DNA of 64,000 nucleotides from Candidatus Thorarchaeota archaeon (GTDB lineage: Archaea; Asgardarchaeota; Thorarchaeia; Thorarchaeales; Thorarchaeaceae). Positions 18,813-28,761 of this stretch are shown here, piece by piece (the first letter of the stretch is position 1; every line of letters begins with the position of its first letter). The notes under the pieces were generated by a model. That model searched no databases. It was given only the letters and a program-made list of their open reading frames with translations, and was not told the DNA's origin. The DNA is taken from NCBI GenBank assembly GCA_020348985.1, contig CP070761.1, forward strand, positions 1,856,905 to 1,920,904, written 5' to 3'. Both the position numbers and the translations under genes were made by a program.

Positions 18813-19553
18813 CTAACTCAGTGATACTAGGGCGTCCAATGCAACCTTGATTAGATTGTCTAGAGGAGGCTTTCCTACTATCTTTACTTCCTTCTCTATA
18901 GGTTCCCCGACAATGATACATACCGTTCCTACTCTAACCTCCCTCATTTGACCGATAACAAATAGGGCAGCTGACTCCATCTCCGTCGCGAGCACTTTGG
19001 CACTACGAAATTGATCCCATCTTTTTCGCGTCCCTTTCGGGTCTGCAACAAAATCCGGGTGCTCGCTATAGAAAGCATCCTTACTGTGCCCAATTCCCAT
19101 GTGATGGCTGATTCCTCTCTTCATTGCGGCCTCAACGAGTGCATGAACAACTACTGGATCTGCAACAGCAGGATACTCGATTGGAACGTATTGCCTCGAT
19201 GTCCCATCCTCTCTTACAGCCCCTATCATTATGACAAGATCTCCGGCTCGTAGACTGGAATCAATCGCACCAGACGTGCCAACGCGGATGAATGTTTTGC
19301 AACCAACTCTGATCAGCTCTTCTATAGCAATTGCTGCTGAGGGACATCCAATTCCTGTAGAACAGACTGCTACAGGTGTTCCCTCATATTTGCCCTTGAA
19401 GCTCCAAAATTCACGTTTCCGAGCAATTTCTTCTGGCTCGTCAAAGAAATCACTCGCAATTATTCTCGACCTATCTGGGTCCCCCGGCAACAAGACTAAG
19501 GGAGGAATCTCCCCCTTCGCGATCCCAATGTGATATTCCTTCTCGTTATTCAT
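18813..19553 (-). CDS. udp: Uridine/nucleoside phosphorylase
   Basis: LPGDPDR, STGIGCPSAAI, IRVGTSG, REDGTS, SKDAFY and EMESAAL. Confidence 0.9.
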   Translation of the reverse strand: MNNEKEYHIGIAKGEIPPLVLLPGDPDRSRIIASDFFDEPEEIARKREFWSFKGKYEGTPVAVCSTGIGCPSAAIAIEELIRVGCKTFIRVGTSGAIDSSLRAGDLVIMIGAVREDGTSRQYVPIEYPAVADPVVVHALVEAAMKRGISHHMGIGHSKDAFYSEHPDFVADPKGTRKRWDQFRSAKVLATEMESAALFVIGQMREVRVGTVCIIVGEPIEKEVKIVGKPPLDNLIKVALDALVSLS

Positions 19554-19692
19554 TCGTGACTAACCAGCGACTGTCCAAGACATCCTGATATTAAACCATT
19601 CGAAGGATAAAAGGCGGACTTGCTGCTCAAAGTCTGAGGGGATAACGGCAGGCTTAAAAGAAATCCGAAGAGGGCCACACAAAGTGACGACA

Positions 19693-19920
19693 ATGAGTGA
19701 GGATATTTCAGACCTCGACCGTCAAATCTTGGTTGTCATTGCAAAAGACAGCCACAGGCCCTCAGCAATCACCCGTATTCTGAAGACCCGGAGAGTTGAA
19801 TGCACCCATAATGAGGTTGTCGCCGCATTGAATGCTCTTGAACGAGATGGACTTGTAGAACGGTTCACTTCAAAGGCTTGGATTGCTACCCCAAGGGCGG
19901 AATCCTATATCGAGGAGTGA
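19693..19920 (+). CDS. Small winged-helix DNA-binding protein
   Basis: SDLDRQIL...EVVAALNALERDGLVER wHTH pattern. Confidence 0.75.
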   Translation: MSEDISDLDRQILVVIAKDSHRPSAITRILKTRRVECTHNEVVAALNALERDGLVERFTSKAWIATPRAESYIEE

Positions 19921-19962
19921 ATCTGAAGACCGCCGTGCCCTCACACATCATCTATGAGATTG

Positions 19963-21558
19963 CTACACACTTTCAGCGTATTCGGTCCATTTTCCCTCCA
20001 GTCTTTCCTTCACACCTTCTCCCAATAGCTGTCTAGACATCAGATCATTGAGGCCGGCCCTGAACTGATCAGCTGCATCGCCACTACGAAGCAGATTCTG
20101 GTCCGAGCTCGCATGCTCGAAGGCGTTCCTGAAAGAGACACTGCTCTTCTTGAGACCATCAACTGCAGTCAAGATGTACTCGTCGAAATTTGAGGCAACT
20201 GGTCTGTGTCTGACAGGCAGCGTGAATCTATCCTCGGGAATGATTCCTGATGTGAATATCTTTGTGTCCCCATCACCGTACATCACTGCAAAAGTCTCAA
20301 TGTCCAACATGGTCAAGGGTGCCAAGTTGTTGATTGAGTTGTTATCCAAGGTAAAGTAGAGTATCTGGTTCAGCTCTTCTTGGAGTGTACGACTTCGTTT
20401 CTCTATCTCTGACATCACCTTTGTCACTGAGTTCTCGACCTTCTCCCTCAAAGATTCTAGCTCGAGTTCTGCTTGGTCCTTTTCCATTCTGAACTCTACT
20501 AGTCTATGTCGACGTTCCCGTATCTGAGAATCGATTGACCTCGAGAGTTCTTTGCTCTTATCAGACATCTCATTGTCAATTTCGAGAACTCTCTTCATTG
20601 TCGAATCAGCTTTGGCAGTTATGGATTCAACACTCCTCTCATACTCTGGCAGTTGCTCACGAAGCTTTCCGACCAACTCCTGGAATTTCCGAATTGCCGC
20701 TTCTACGTCATCCCCTTTCTGTGCAATATCCGTTCTGCTGTCTTGAATCATTGCTATCAGTTGAGCAAAGAAAGCCTCAAGGTCTCCAACTGATCTGGCA
20801 AACTCTGCAGTCAATGCACGTAGCTCGAGTTTGTACTTCCCGTGAAGATCGTACTGAGCGTCTCTCTTCTTCTCAGCTAGCTCGCGTGTCTCAAGCTCTT
20901 CAATATCCTCTTGCATTCTAAGTCGTCTGATCCATCGATCGCTTTCGGATGATGTGACTGTGCCTAGAGCTCCCAACTTGCCCTTGAGCTGCTCCTTGAC
21001 AATCTCAAGGAGTTCATCCATTTTGGAGATTCTCGTTCTTGCACCTGCTACCAGACTCTGGAATTCTTCACTAATGGCCAAAGTTTCTTGCGAGTCAATA
21101 GATAGCTCCAGTCTGTTTGGAAACGTTGCGGGCTCCAGTTCGACTACGTGTTTCCCCATACTCACAATGACAGCGGGATCAATCAGATTCTTGACATAAG
21201 ATACGGTCTTCTCTACGTTTCCAATCATTGGGAGTGCTTTCTCTACGGCGTGAGGAATGTCGCGTGCTTCCGGAGTCTCTGTGCTGAGGATTTTCGTTGC
21301 AGTAGATAGAGCTGTATTCTCTGTTGCCTCGAGAGATCTTGTTGAATCTCCACTGGCAAATAGAAGAATGGATTCTGATTCCGAGACCTGGACAACCCAA
21401 TATGGAATCGAAACGAAACTAACGCTCTTTATGCTTCTACCCGTGCCTGCTGACTCTGCAGCAGCAAATCCCATCGCGAGACTTGTGTGATAGGGCTCAG
21501 GTTCAAGTCCAGAGCTCGTCTTGTTGTACAGAAACTTCAATGCAAGTTGGCGAACCAT
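19963..21558 (-). CDS. Long coiled-coil protein, paralogous to the N-terminal region of 57400..59727
   Basis: Beta-rich head (SIPYWVVQV), about 300 aa of heptad repeats, and a C-terminal head (FRNAFEHASSDQNLL...GLNDLMSRQLL). Start refined to ATG 21558 after CAGGTGG. Confidence 0.75.
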   Translation of the reverse strand: MVRQLALKFLYNKTSSGLEPEPYHTSLAMGFAAAESAGTGRSIKSVSFVSIPYWVVQVSESESILLFASGDSTRSLEATENTALSTATKILSTETPEARDIPHAVEKALPMIGNVEKTVSYVKNLIDPAVIVSMGKHVVELEPATFPNRLELSIDSQETLAISEEFQSLVAGARTRISKMDELLEIVKEQLKGKLGALGTVTSSESDRWIRRLRMQEDIEELETRELAEKKRDAQYDLHGKYKLELRALTAEFARSVGDLEAFFAQLIAMIQDSRTDIAQKGDDVEAAIRKFQELVGKLREQLPEYERSVESITAKADSTMKRVLEIDNEMSDKSKELSRSIDSQIRERRHRLVEFRMEKDQAELELESLREKVENSVTKVMSEIEKRSRTLQEELNQILYFTLDNNSINNLAPLTMLDIETFAVMYGDGDTKIFTSGIIPEDRFTLPVRHRPVASNFDEYILTAVDGLKKSSVSFRNAFEHASSDQNLLRSGDAADQFRAGLNDLMSRQLLGEGVKERLEGKWTEYAESV

Positions 21559-21634
21559 GTGAACCACCTGTAGTTTGACTCGCTGCAGGTACATTCGACA
21601 GTTCTGCGTATTAAGTGGATTGCAGGACTTGATT

Positions 21635-22645
21635 CTACACGCTATTCTCGAGAGCCTTGACAAGTGAGTCGACAATGTCACACGTAAGTTCGGGATTCTC
21701 AACACAGAATACACTCGAGAAGACAGTATTTGTGGTCACAATCATTCCTTCGCTTCTCTCAATCAAATACTCCAGCAACTCTTCGCCTCTATCAATAAGA
21801 GATAACACATGCACAACCGCCATGCCAACATTGGCTGCTCCCTGTTGAAACAGACGCTCACCGGCTTTGAGCAATGTTTCTCCACTTTTTGTAAGGTCAT
21901 CGATGATTATGACATCTTTATCCTTGACCTCTAAGTCACCCGATAGTTCTACTGCGTACGAACTAAGTCGCGTCTTCCCGAATCCCCGACATGCAAACCT
22001 CTCCTGACCCCCCTCGTCTGGGGTCACAACGACATAGTCGGTAAAGCCAAACTTCTTGGCTCCAAACTCAATGAGGTCACCAGTTACATCAATCGAGTCA
22101 AGCTTTCCGCTCTCTACCAACTGCTTGATCCAGTCGAGGCTTGCGGGAGCATGCGGGTTTACGATCCAAATCCTGTCAGATACTTCTGCAATCGCTTCTA
22201 GCGCCCATCTTGCTGAGACCGCCTCACCCGTAAGGAACGCTTTGTCCTGGAGGGCGAATGGCTGGAATGTGAGAATGACATCTATTCGTGAGGGGGGTTC
22301 AATCTCTGCGCATTCGTACTCCTTGTGACTCACCTCCCTCACAATCACTGGACGTCTCAGCATATCCAATAGGAGCAATAGCTCGACCACTCGATCCGAA
22401 GTTGTGTAAAACTCCTTCTCTGTCGGGCCAGACCCGGTGCAGCTCTGAATCACAACAACCCTTCGACCAGAGAGCTCATCTACGTCCGAGACACGAACGT
22501 ACATGTCTGCATTTGGGAACATGCGTTTTCCGTCGTAGTTCATCTCTGAAACATAGACCCGATATCCCAACTCTTCGAAGCGTTCTTCCAGCTGCTCTGA
22601 CCCGCTGGCTAGAATGACGTCATATTCCTTCATAAGGACCCCCAC
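21635..22645 (-). CDS. Ribose-phosphate pyrophosphokinase-like protein (divergent PRPP synthetase)
   Basis: FPNADMYVRV, QDKAFLTGEAVS, VTPDEGG and the PRPP-binding motif IIIDDLTKSGET. Confidence 0.8.
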   Translation of the reverse strand: MGVLMKEYDVILASGSEQLEERFEELGYRVYVSEMNYDGKRMFPNADMYVRVSDVDELSGRRVVVIQSCTGSGPTEKEFYTTSDRVVELLLLLDMLRRPVIVREVSHKEYECAEIEPPSRIDVILTFQPFALQDKAFLTGEAVSARWALEAIAEVSDRIWIVNPHAPASLDWIKQLVESGKLDSIDVTGDLIEFGAKKFGFTDYVVVTPDEGGQERFACRGFGKTRLSSYAVELSGDLEVKDKDVIIIDDLTKSGETLLKAGERLFQQGAANVGMAVVHVLSLIDRGEELLEYLIERSEGMIVTTNTVFSSVFCVENPELTCDIVDSLVKALENSV

Positions 22646-22731
22646 GCAACTTCAATGCGTACCTGGTGCGTCACAGGGTCGCAGGGAAATTTCGCTTGCT
22701 TAAATACAATGCGACCCGGACATTGATGTTT

Positions 22732-23289
22732 TCACCTTATATCGGGTTCCTGTTGGCCCACATAACGGCTCGATTCTCTCTTATCATAGCTGACTCGAGC
22801 AGGACCAGTAAGAGGCATGAACATAATCTGGACAATCTGCATTCCCGGATAGAGAAAGACAGGATTAACATTCATGCAATAGACTTCTAGAGTCAGTTTG
22901 CCGGGTTTCACTGTTCCTGTTCCTGGATTGACCAATCCTGCTGCATGAACGATGATTCCTAGTCTGGCTACGCTCGACTTCCCCTCAAGAATCCCTGCAA
23001 GGTCAGAGGAAACTGAGAGATTCTCAATTGTCTGACCCAGTATGAACTGACCCGGACGAATCTCAAATGGCGCTCCTCCGGTATCCACAATCCTAGTGCT
23101 CTGGTCCAAAGCGCCTTTGGATCGAAAGTCGACTGTGGGCCCGGAATCATAAACACGAAAAACTGAGTCGAGCCGAAGATCCACACTACAAGGTCCGACA
23201 AGATCAGAGTCGTAGGGATCGATGAATATCCTTCCTTCATCAATTGCCTTCAGAATCTCATTATCCGACAGAATCATTGAGTTTGTCAA
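22732..23289 (-). CDS. dcd: dCTP deaminase
   Basis: ILSDNEI, PCSVDLRL, GKSSVARLG, LTLE and YVGQ. Confidence 0.92.
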   Translation of the reverse strand: MTNSMILSDNEILKAIDEGRIFIDPYDSDLVGPCSVDLRLDSVFRVYDSGPTVDFRSKGALDQSTRIVDTGGAPFEIRPGQFILGQTIENLSVSSDLAGILEGKSSVARLGIIVHAAGLVNPGTGTVKPGKLTLEVYCMNVNPVFLYPGMQIVQIMFMPLTGPARVSYDKRESSRYVGQQEPDIR

Positions 23290-23367
23290 CCATCTGCTTT
23301 TTGGGTCTTTATCTTAGACGACAGACTCAAATGACCTTTGCCCTTCTATTAGTTGCCACCATAGGAT

Positions 23368-24087
23368 TTGATGGTTCCTTTGAGTCTAACCGCTCGTGAC
23401 TTGCTACAGAAGATTGCCAAAGACACAGGTGTATCCTACCAAGCCATTGCCCAGGATGTCAACGAGGGAATGAAGCAAGGGATTCCACTCGAGCGGTGCG
23501 TGCAGAGAGTTGTGGAAGAGAACGGCCTTGATTCTGATGAGTACAGGTTGAGTCCAACGAAGATTGCGGCAGAAGCAAGACGGATTCTGCGAGAGGACTA
23601 CACACAGACTCTGATGATTTCGGCGGTTCTTGGTCAGTTGGTGGAGGCGGACGGAACTGAGAGATTTCCAGTCCCCGCATTCTTTGCTTTTCTTGAGCTT
23701 CTGTCAGGTCTAGAGGATGCACCACGAGATATAAAGTCCGAAGCGTCTACCGAGATCGAGGAACTCACCACAAGAATGATCGAACTCACAACAACTCTGG
23801 TTTCTCTAATCTGCAGATGGTCCGAGGGGGGCATTGACGGAGTGGCCGAAAGCTGCCCAACTTCACTTAGAGAGATTGCCAAGACCGTCTACAGGAAAAC
23901 AAAGATGCTGCAATCCGGGCTTTGGACATGTATCTCATGCGGCAAGGTTGTAGAAGCAAAGGACACACATGCTTTGATGTGCTCGGAATGCGATGATGGT
24001 ATTTCCGAGGGTCGGCCTCTTCGTACAAGGCGACCGATAGGCACTCGGGACAGAAGTGGCTATGGGCAGACTTCAGAAAGCGAATAA
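23368..24087 (+). CDS. Hypothetical helical protein with a C-terminal CxxC...CxxC zinc ribbon
   Basis: CISCG...CSEC near the C-terminus. Confidence 0.7.
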   Translation: MMVPLSLTARDLLQKIAKDTGVSYQAIAQDVNEGMKQGIPLERCVQRVVEENGLDSDEYRLSPTKIAAEARRILREDYTQTLMISAVLGQLVEADGTERFPVPAFFAFLELLSGLEDAPRDIKSEASTEIEELTTRMIELTTTLVSLICRWSEGGIDGVAESCPTSLREIAKTVYRKTKMLQSGLWTCISCGKVVEAKDTHALMCSECDDGISEGRPLRTRRPIGTRDRSGYGQTSESE

Positions 24088-24110
24088 CTGTGCAGTCCGA
24101 CAAAGAGACA

Positions 24111-24752
24111 CTAGCCCTTGAGCCTCAGATCAAGCCCCTTGTTCAGAAGAATTCGAGACCGTTCAACCTCGTCAAAACTGATTGCGATGTCTCCAATTTG
24201 ATACAGAATCTCTCTGTCCAAGGCTGCTTCAAGGAACAGGACTACCGGGTCAAGATCTGCAGGTGGTCCAAGACTAAGCAACGGGGCTGTTAGTCCATCA
24301 TAATAGTCGGACTGACCAAGAGGAATATCCATTCTCTCTAGAAGCCTACCACCCTTCTTTGAGAGGACTTGGCCACATGTTCTGCCATCATAGGTCATCA
24401 TCGCAATGACAAACCTTGACGGGACGTTCCCTCTAATGTAGAAAAGCATGTCAGTTACCCATTCGTAGTCTTTGATGAGCACGTCGCCAAAGATTAGCAT
24501 AAGTTCATCATTGATCATTCCGTGAACGGGAACAACAGGTGGCTTCACAGTGACCGGATACCGATTCCAAGTTGAAAATGATGGTGAGTTGAAAATCAGG
24601 ACTGTCTCGAAGTGAACCTCTTCGTAGAGCTGTCTACACAAGGCTTGGCCAAGAGGATTCAACCCTAGGATGATTGATAAGGGGTCTTCCAACTTCCGCT
24701 TGGAAAAGACCTCCAAGATAGGGCTGAGCCATTCCTGCTCGAATGTAGGCAT
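24111..24752 (-). CDS. PAC2-like (proteasome assembly chaperone) fold protein, divergent
   Basis: IILGLNPLG, SPSF...PPV, LIFGD and DGLTAPLL pattern resembles archaeal PAC2-family proteins. Confidence 0.5.
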   Translation of the reverse strand: MPTFEQEWLSPILEVFSKRKLEDPLSIILGLNPLGQALCRQLYEEVHFETVLIFNSPSFSTWNRYPVTVKPPVVPVHGMINDELMLIFGDVLIKDYEWVTDMLFYIRGNVPSRFVIAMMTYDGRTCGQVLSKKGGRLLERMDIPLGQSDYYDGLTAPLLSLGPPADLDPVVLFLEAALDREILYQIGDIAISFDEVERSRILLNKGLDLRLKG

Positions 24753-24939
24753 CCTACTTCAACTCCTCAAAATCCTCACGTTACTGTCTAATGGATTTTA
24801 GGTTCAATCCAATCGCTGAAAGGGTTTGTGTGTCTCAAGTACTCGTAGCGTCGAGAACCAATATTCTTGTCAGGCATCTGGAATGTATTCAGAATCCGCT
24901 CTCTCTTCTAGATCGGTATCTTGGATTGGAGACAAAGAC

Positions 24940-25875
24940 CTACTCCCAGTATGGCTTCCGGATGTATTTGTAGGCATTGTGCGCTGCGAGGGCTCCTTGG
25001 GCGGCGGCTACCGTGGCCAATTGATAAACTGAGACGATGTCGCCTGCCGCATAAACTCCTTCGACATCCGTCCGCATCTGGTCGTCTGCCTTTATGAACT
25101 TCCCATTCATTGTAACACCTAAGTCTGCAAAGACTTCCGTATTTGGAACAAGACCTACCGCGATGACAACCCTATCAACATCAAGAATCCATTCGTCTCC
25201 GGTTTCGCTGTTTCGAAGCTTGACCTGAGTGACTTCCGTCTCGCCTGTAATCTCAAGCAGCTCAGTATTGTACAGGATTTCTGCCATGTTCTCATTGACA
25301 ACTTTGGCCACAGTGCTTTCAGCTGCTCTGAACTCGCTTCTTCTGTGAGCTAGCCACAGTTGGCCTGTGACTTTGTGGGCATCCACAACCGCGTCCAACG
25401 CCGTGTCTCCTCCACCCACGACGAGGACTCGCTTGTCACGAAAGAGTGCTGGCTCGGTTATGTACGGAAACACTCCTCTGTCTTTCCGGGAGAATTTGTC
25501 TTCTCCGGGAATCCCCAACAGAGTGGGTTTCATACCAGTAGCGATTATGACAACCCCAGCTTGGTATGTCGCCTCGGTTGTCTCGACAAACTTCTGCCTA
25601 GTAATCTTGATGACTCTTTCAGGTATCAAATAGGCTCCCTGATCGGCAGCTTGGTGAACCCATTCAGCTACCAGATGTGATGCTAGGATCTTTGGCACGC
25701 CTGGATAATTGTACACCTGCTTGAAGGGGTAGATCGTCGACAAAAGACCACCCCAACTTCCGCCTTCAAAGATGGCCGTTCTCAGCCCTTTGTAGGCAGA
25801 TATGATTCCGGCTGACAGACCAGCGGGACCCCCGCCAACTATAGCTACATCGAATTGATCTTTAATTCTTGTCAG
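24940..25875 (-). CDS. Thioredoxin-reductase-fold FAD/NADP oxidoreductase lacking CxxC (ferredoxin-NADP+ reductase, YumC-like)
   Basis: The frame extends upstream of the tracked TTG through DVAIVGGGPAGLSA to a CTG at 25875, after GGTG, with an in-frame TAG just upstream. GGLLSTIYPFK, GGGDTA, HRR and AAGD are present; GVFPYIT replaces the CATC motif. Confidence 0.8.
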   Translation of the reverse strand: MTRIKDQFDVAIVGGGPAGLSAGIISAYKGLRTAIFEGGSWGGLLSTIYPFKQVYNYPGVPKILASHLVAEWVHQAADQGAYLIPERVIKITRQKFVETTEATYQAGVVIIATGMKPTLLGIPGEDKFSRKDRGVFPYITEPALFRDKRVLVVGGGDTALDAVVDAHKVTGQLWLAHRRSEFRAAESTVAKVVNENMAEILYNTELLEITGETEVTQVKLRNSETGDEWILDVDRVVIAVGLVPNTEVFADLGVTMNGKFIKADDQMRTDVEGVYAAGDIVSVYQLATVAAAQGALAAHNAYKYIRKPYWE

Positions 25876-26056
25876 ATTCTACACCGAATGATGATATCCC
25901 TAAACAAGAATATGTGTATTGAGTTATGGCGGCAACCAACCTTGTGACATAACTCTCGGAATCCCACCTAAAATGGAAGATGCCGCTTCTCCGATTGATT
26001 TATGTGGAGGCTCCTTCGCGGACGCGAACATCTGACTAAATGGTGTGTGAGTACAG

Positions 26057-27403
26057 TTGGACAGTTACAGTGAAAGTGTTTACAACAAGGTGGTAGAGAA
26101 AGACCCCGGTCAGAAAGTCTTTCATCAGGCTGTCTTGGAGGTTTTGGAGACTCTGGAGCCGGCAATCCAGAAATTCCCCAAATACAAAGAGAATGCTATC
26201 CTTGAGAGAATCGTTGAACCAGAACGAATCATTCAGTTTCGGGTTCCTTGGCTTGGCAAAGATGGGAAAATCCAGGTGAACCGAGGCTATAGGGTGCAGT
26301 TCAATTCTGCAATTGGGCCTTACAAGGGCGGCCTCCGTTTCCATCCTACGGTCACGCAAGGTATGCTGAAGTTCCTTGGCTTCGAACAGATCTTCAAGAA
26401 CAGCTTGACAGGTCTTCCGATGGGTGGAGGAAAAGGTGGTTCGGACTTCGATCCAAAGGGCAAGACTGACGCTGAGGTTGAGAGTTTCTGTCACAACTTC
26501 ATGCTAGAGCTATACAGACACATAGGCCAGTTTATCGACATTCCTGCTGGAGACATCGGCGTTGGAGGACGTGAGATCGGTTATCTTTACGGCGCCTTCA
26601 GGAAGCTGACGAATGATCATGGGACATGCGTCCTGACTGGTAAGGGTCCTCTTTACGGTGGATCACTAGTTCGCCCTGAAGCAACTGGTTATGGAACTGT
26701 CTACTTTGTCGAGGAAATGCTCAAGACCCAGAAGCAGGACATGAAAGGGAAGACCGTCTGTGTATCTGGATCTGGAAACGTCGCGCAATTCGCGACGGAG
26801 AAATGTATAGACCTTGGTGCCAACGTCATCGCTCTGAGTGACTCGAGCGGATGGATCCATGATCCTGACGGAATCGACAGGGAGAAACTCGCCTGGATAA
26901 AGGAACTTAAGAATGTACGAAGGGGCAGAATCAAGGAGTATGCTGAGCACTTCAATGTCTCCTATTCTTCAGATGGTAGCCCATGGAGCTTGAAGTGTGA
27001 TGTTGCATTGCCGTGCGCCACACAGAACGAAGTCGATGGTGCAGAAGCAAAGGCCCTCGTTGACAACGATGTTCTAGCTGTTGGTGAAGGTGCCAACATG
27101 CCCTGTGTGCCAGAGGCAATAGAGATCTTCCTAGAAAGCAAGATTCTTTACGGTCCTGGAAAGGCTGCCAATGCTGGTGGCGTCTCAGTCTCTGGTCTTG
27201 AGATGGCTCAGAATAGCATGCGCTACTTCTGGACTCGTGAAGAAGTCGACAACAGGCTGCATGAGATTATGCGCAACATTCACGCTAGCGCCTACAAGAC
27301 ATCCGAGATGTTTGGTGACAAAGGCAACTATGTCCTCGGAGCGAACATTGCCGGCTTCCTCAAAGTCGCCGATGCAATGATTGAGCAGGGATACACAGCG
27401 TAG
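26057..27403 (+). CDS. gdhA: NADP-specific glutamate dehydrogenase
   Basis: GPYKGGLRFHP, GGGKGGSDFDP, DIPAGDIGVG, RPEATGYG and GSGNVA. Confidence 0.96.
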   Translation: MDSYSESVYNKVVEKDPGQKVFHQAVLEVLETLEPAIQKFPKYKENAILERIVEPERIIQFRVPWLGKDGKIQVNRGYRVQFNSAIGPYKGGLRFHPTVTQGMLKFLGFEQIFKNSLTGLPMGGGKGGSDFDPKGKTDAEVESFCHNFMLELYRHIGQFIDIPAGDIGVGGREIGYLYGAFRKLTNDHGTCVLTGKGPLYGGSLVRPEATGYGTVYFVEEMLKTQKQDMKGKTVCVSGSGNVAQFATEKCIDLGANVIALSDSSGWIHDPDGIDREKLAWIKELKNVRRGRIKEYAEHFNVSYSSDGSPWSLKCDVALPCATQNEVDGAEAKALVDNDVLAVGEGANMPCVPEAIEIFLESKILYGPGKAANAGGVSVSGLEMAQNSMRYFWTREEVDNRLHEIMRNIHASAYKTSEMFGDKGNYVLGANIAGFLKVADAMIEQGYTA

Positions 27404-27412
27404 CCGACTGCT

Positions 27413-27437
27413 GCAGAGTCCTCATTGAGGGCTCTGC
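27413..27437. terminator. Stem-loop between convergent genes
   Basis: GCAGAGTCCTC-ATT-GAGGGCTCTGC immediately after the gdhA stop codon. Confidence 0.55.
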
Positions 27438-27504
27438 CTTCAATCTTTCACGTTATGAATGTCTAGCAGATTGATTGCCGACTTACTCAGGCAGTTCGCC
27501 AAAA

Positions 27505-28107
27505 TCAGCCTCTGATGATTTCCAATAGCTCACCAAGACGCCTCTTTATGTCGGTCTCGAGTGTTCGAAGCTCTGCCAGCTGGCCTATCTGAACTACTCT
27601 ATCTCTTCTATAGTCATCATCAGATATGGCTTCCTGCCTTCGCTCTAGCTCGAGCCTGTCCATCTCATCGTTGATCTCTCGACGCCTGTCAGTGACCATG
27701 TCAAACCCTTGCTTGAGAGACATCCACTCTATCATGGCATTGCTCTTCTCTTGCTCTATTCTCTCTCTGCGCAGCCGCTCTTCTTCCATCTCTTTTAGGC
27801 GCTTGTTGGCTGCTCGAATCTGTCGCTGAATCTCGTAAAGTCTTGCTTCCACCTCGCGTTTGACCTGAACTATCTCAGTGGATGTTCTCCACCTCTCCCT
27901 ATAGAGTTCGATGTGCTCAGCTTCTGTGATCTTGTTCTCCTCGAGCTGCTTGTCCAAATCTGTGAGTTCTTGTTGAACTTCTCTTAGCTTGATCTTGACC
28001 TCATCATAGGATTTTCTGAGTGCAACCCATTCGACGCTGAATTGCGCAAGGATATCCCTTGGGTCCATATCATAGGGGTCGCCTAGGTGCCCACTGCCGT
28101 GACTCAT
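27505..28107 (-). CDS. Coiled-coil protein with two SHOCT/CdvA-like motifs
   Basis: All-helical; ENKITEAEH and EAISDDDY motifs, each flanked by coiled coil. Confidence 0.65.
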   Translation of the reverse strand: MSHGSGHLGDPYDMDPRDILAQFSVEWVALRKSYDEVKIKLREVQQELTDLDKQLEENKITEAEHIELYRERWRTSTEIVQVKREVEARLYEIQRQIRAANKRLKEMEEERLRRERIEQEKSNAMIEWMSLKQGFDMVTDRRREINDEMDRLELERRQEAISDDDYRRDRVVQIGQLAELRTLETDIKRRLGELLEIIRG

Positions 28108-28244
28108 CAGCGCATCCTCCCTTCTGCTAGCATGAAAGTGGCTTAAGGGATTTTCTAAGACACCCAGATAGGTTCCAGGCTTGTGATAAGGTGCCTATGC
28201 GTTGCGCCCATTCTCTCCTAGCGTAGGGGCAATCTGCCCTTGTC

Positions 28245-28658
28245 TCAGGAATCGTGTGTGCCTCTCTCCGCGTCTGACTCTGGCGGTGCTTCGCGGTCAA
28301 GTGAATCCCAAGCAGGTGGTGGTTCTAGAGTATCGTCGGGAGACCACGGTTCTTCTGATTCTACAGACGGTTCCTCTTCTTCTGACACGGACTCCTCCTC
28401 TTCCGAAGACTCCTCCTCAGATTCATCTTCCTCCTCGAGGTCGTCTACAATCCCTTCCAGTTCCTTGACGGTAGAGGTAATTGCCTTGAGCTTCCCGGTC
28501 TCAAGCTTCTCTAGAAGAGTGTAGAACATTCGCTCAACAACGGTGGCTTTGCCTTTGGCCTCAAACTCTAGTTCGCCGAGCTCAAACTCGAGCTCTGTAT
28601 AGTCGTCTCGCTTCTTGCGTTTCTTGCCTTTTTCCTCATCATCGCCCATAGGCATCAA
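28245..28658 (-). CDS. Hypothetical protein with an acidic disordered tail
   Basis: Basic N-terminus, a short beta-hairpin/helix (LEFEAKG...VVERMF) and a Glu/Ser-rich tail. Confidence 0.65.
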   Translation of the reverse strand: MMPMGDDEEKGKKRKKRDDYTELEFELGELEFEAKGKATVVERMFYTLLEKLETGKLKAITSTVKELEGIVDDLEEEDESEEESSEEEESVSEEEEPSVESEEPWSPDDTLEPPPAWDSLDREAPPESDAERGTHDS

Positions 28659-28761
28659 CTACTCGTCAGTTTCGATGAATCCTAATAAATGATTCACAGA
28701 ACCCACTCGAACCTATGGCTTTATGAGGAGCTTGCTTCAATGCGATGTCTAGGGTGCTAGG

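Noticed and set aside
24940-25875. Annotation as thioredoxin reductase trxB
   Set aside because: The redox-active CxxC is absent.
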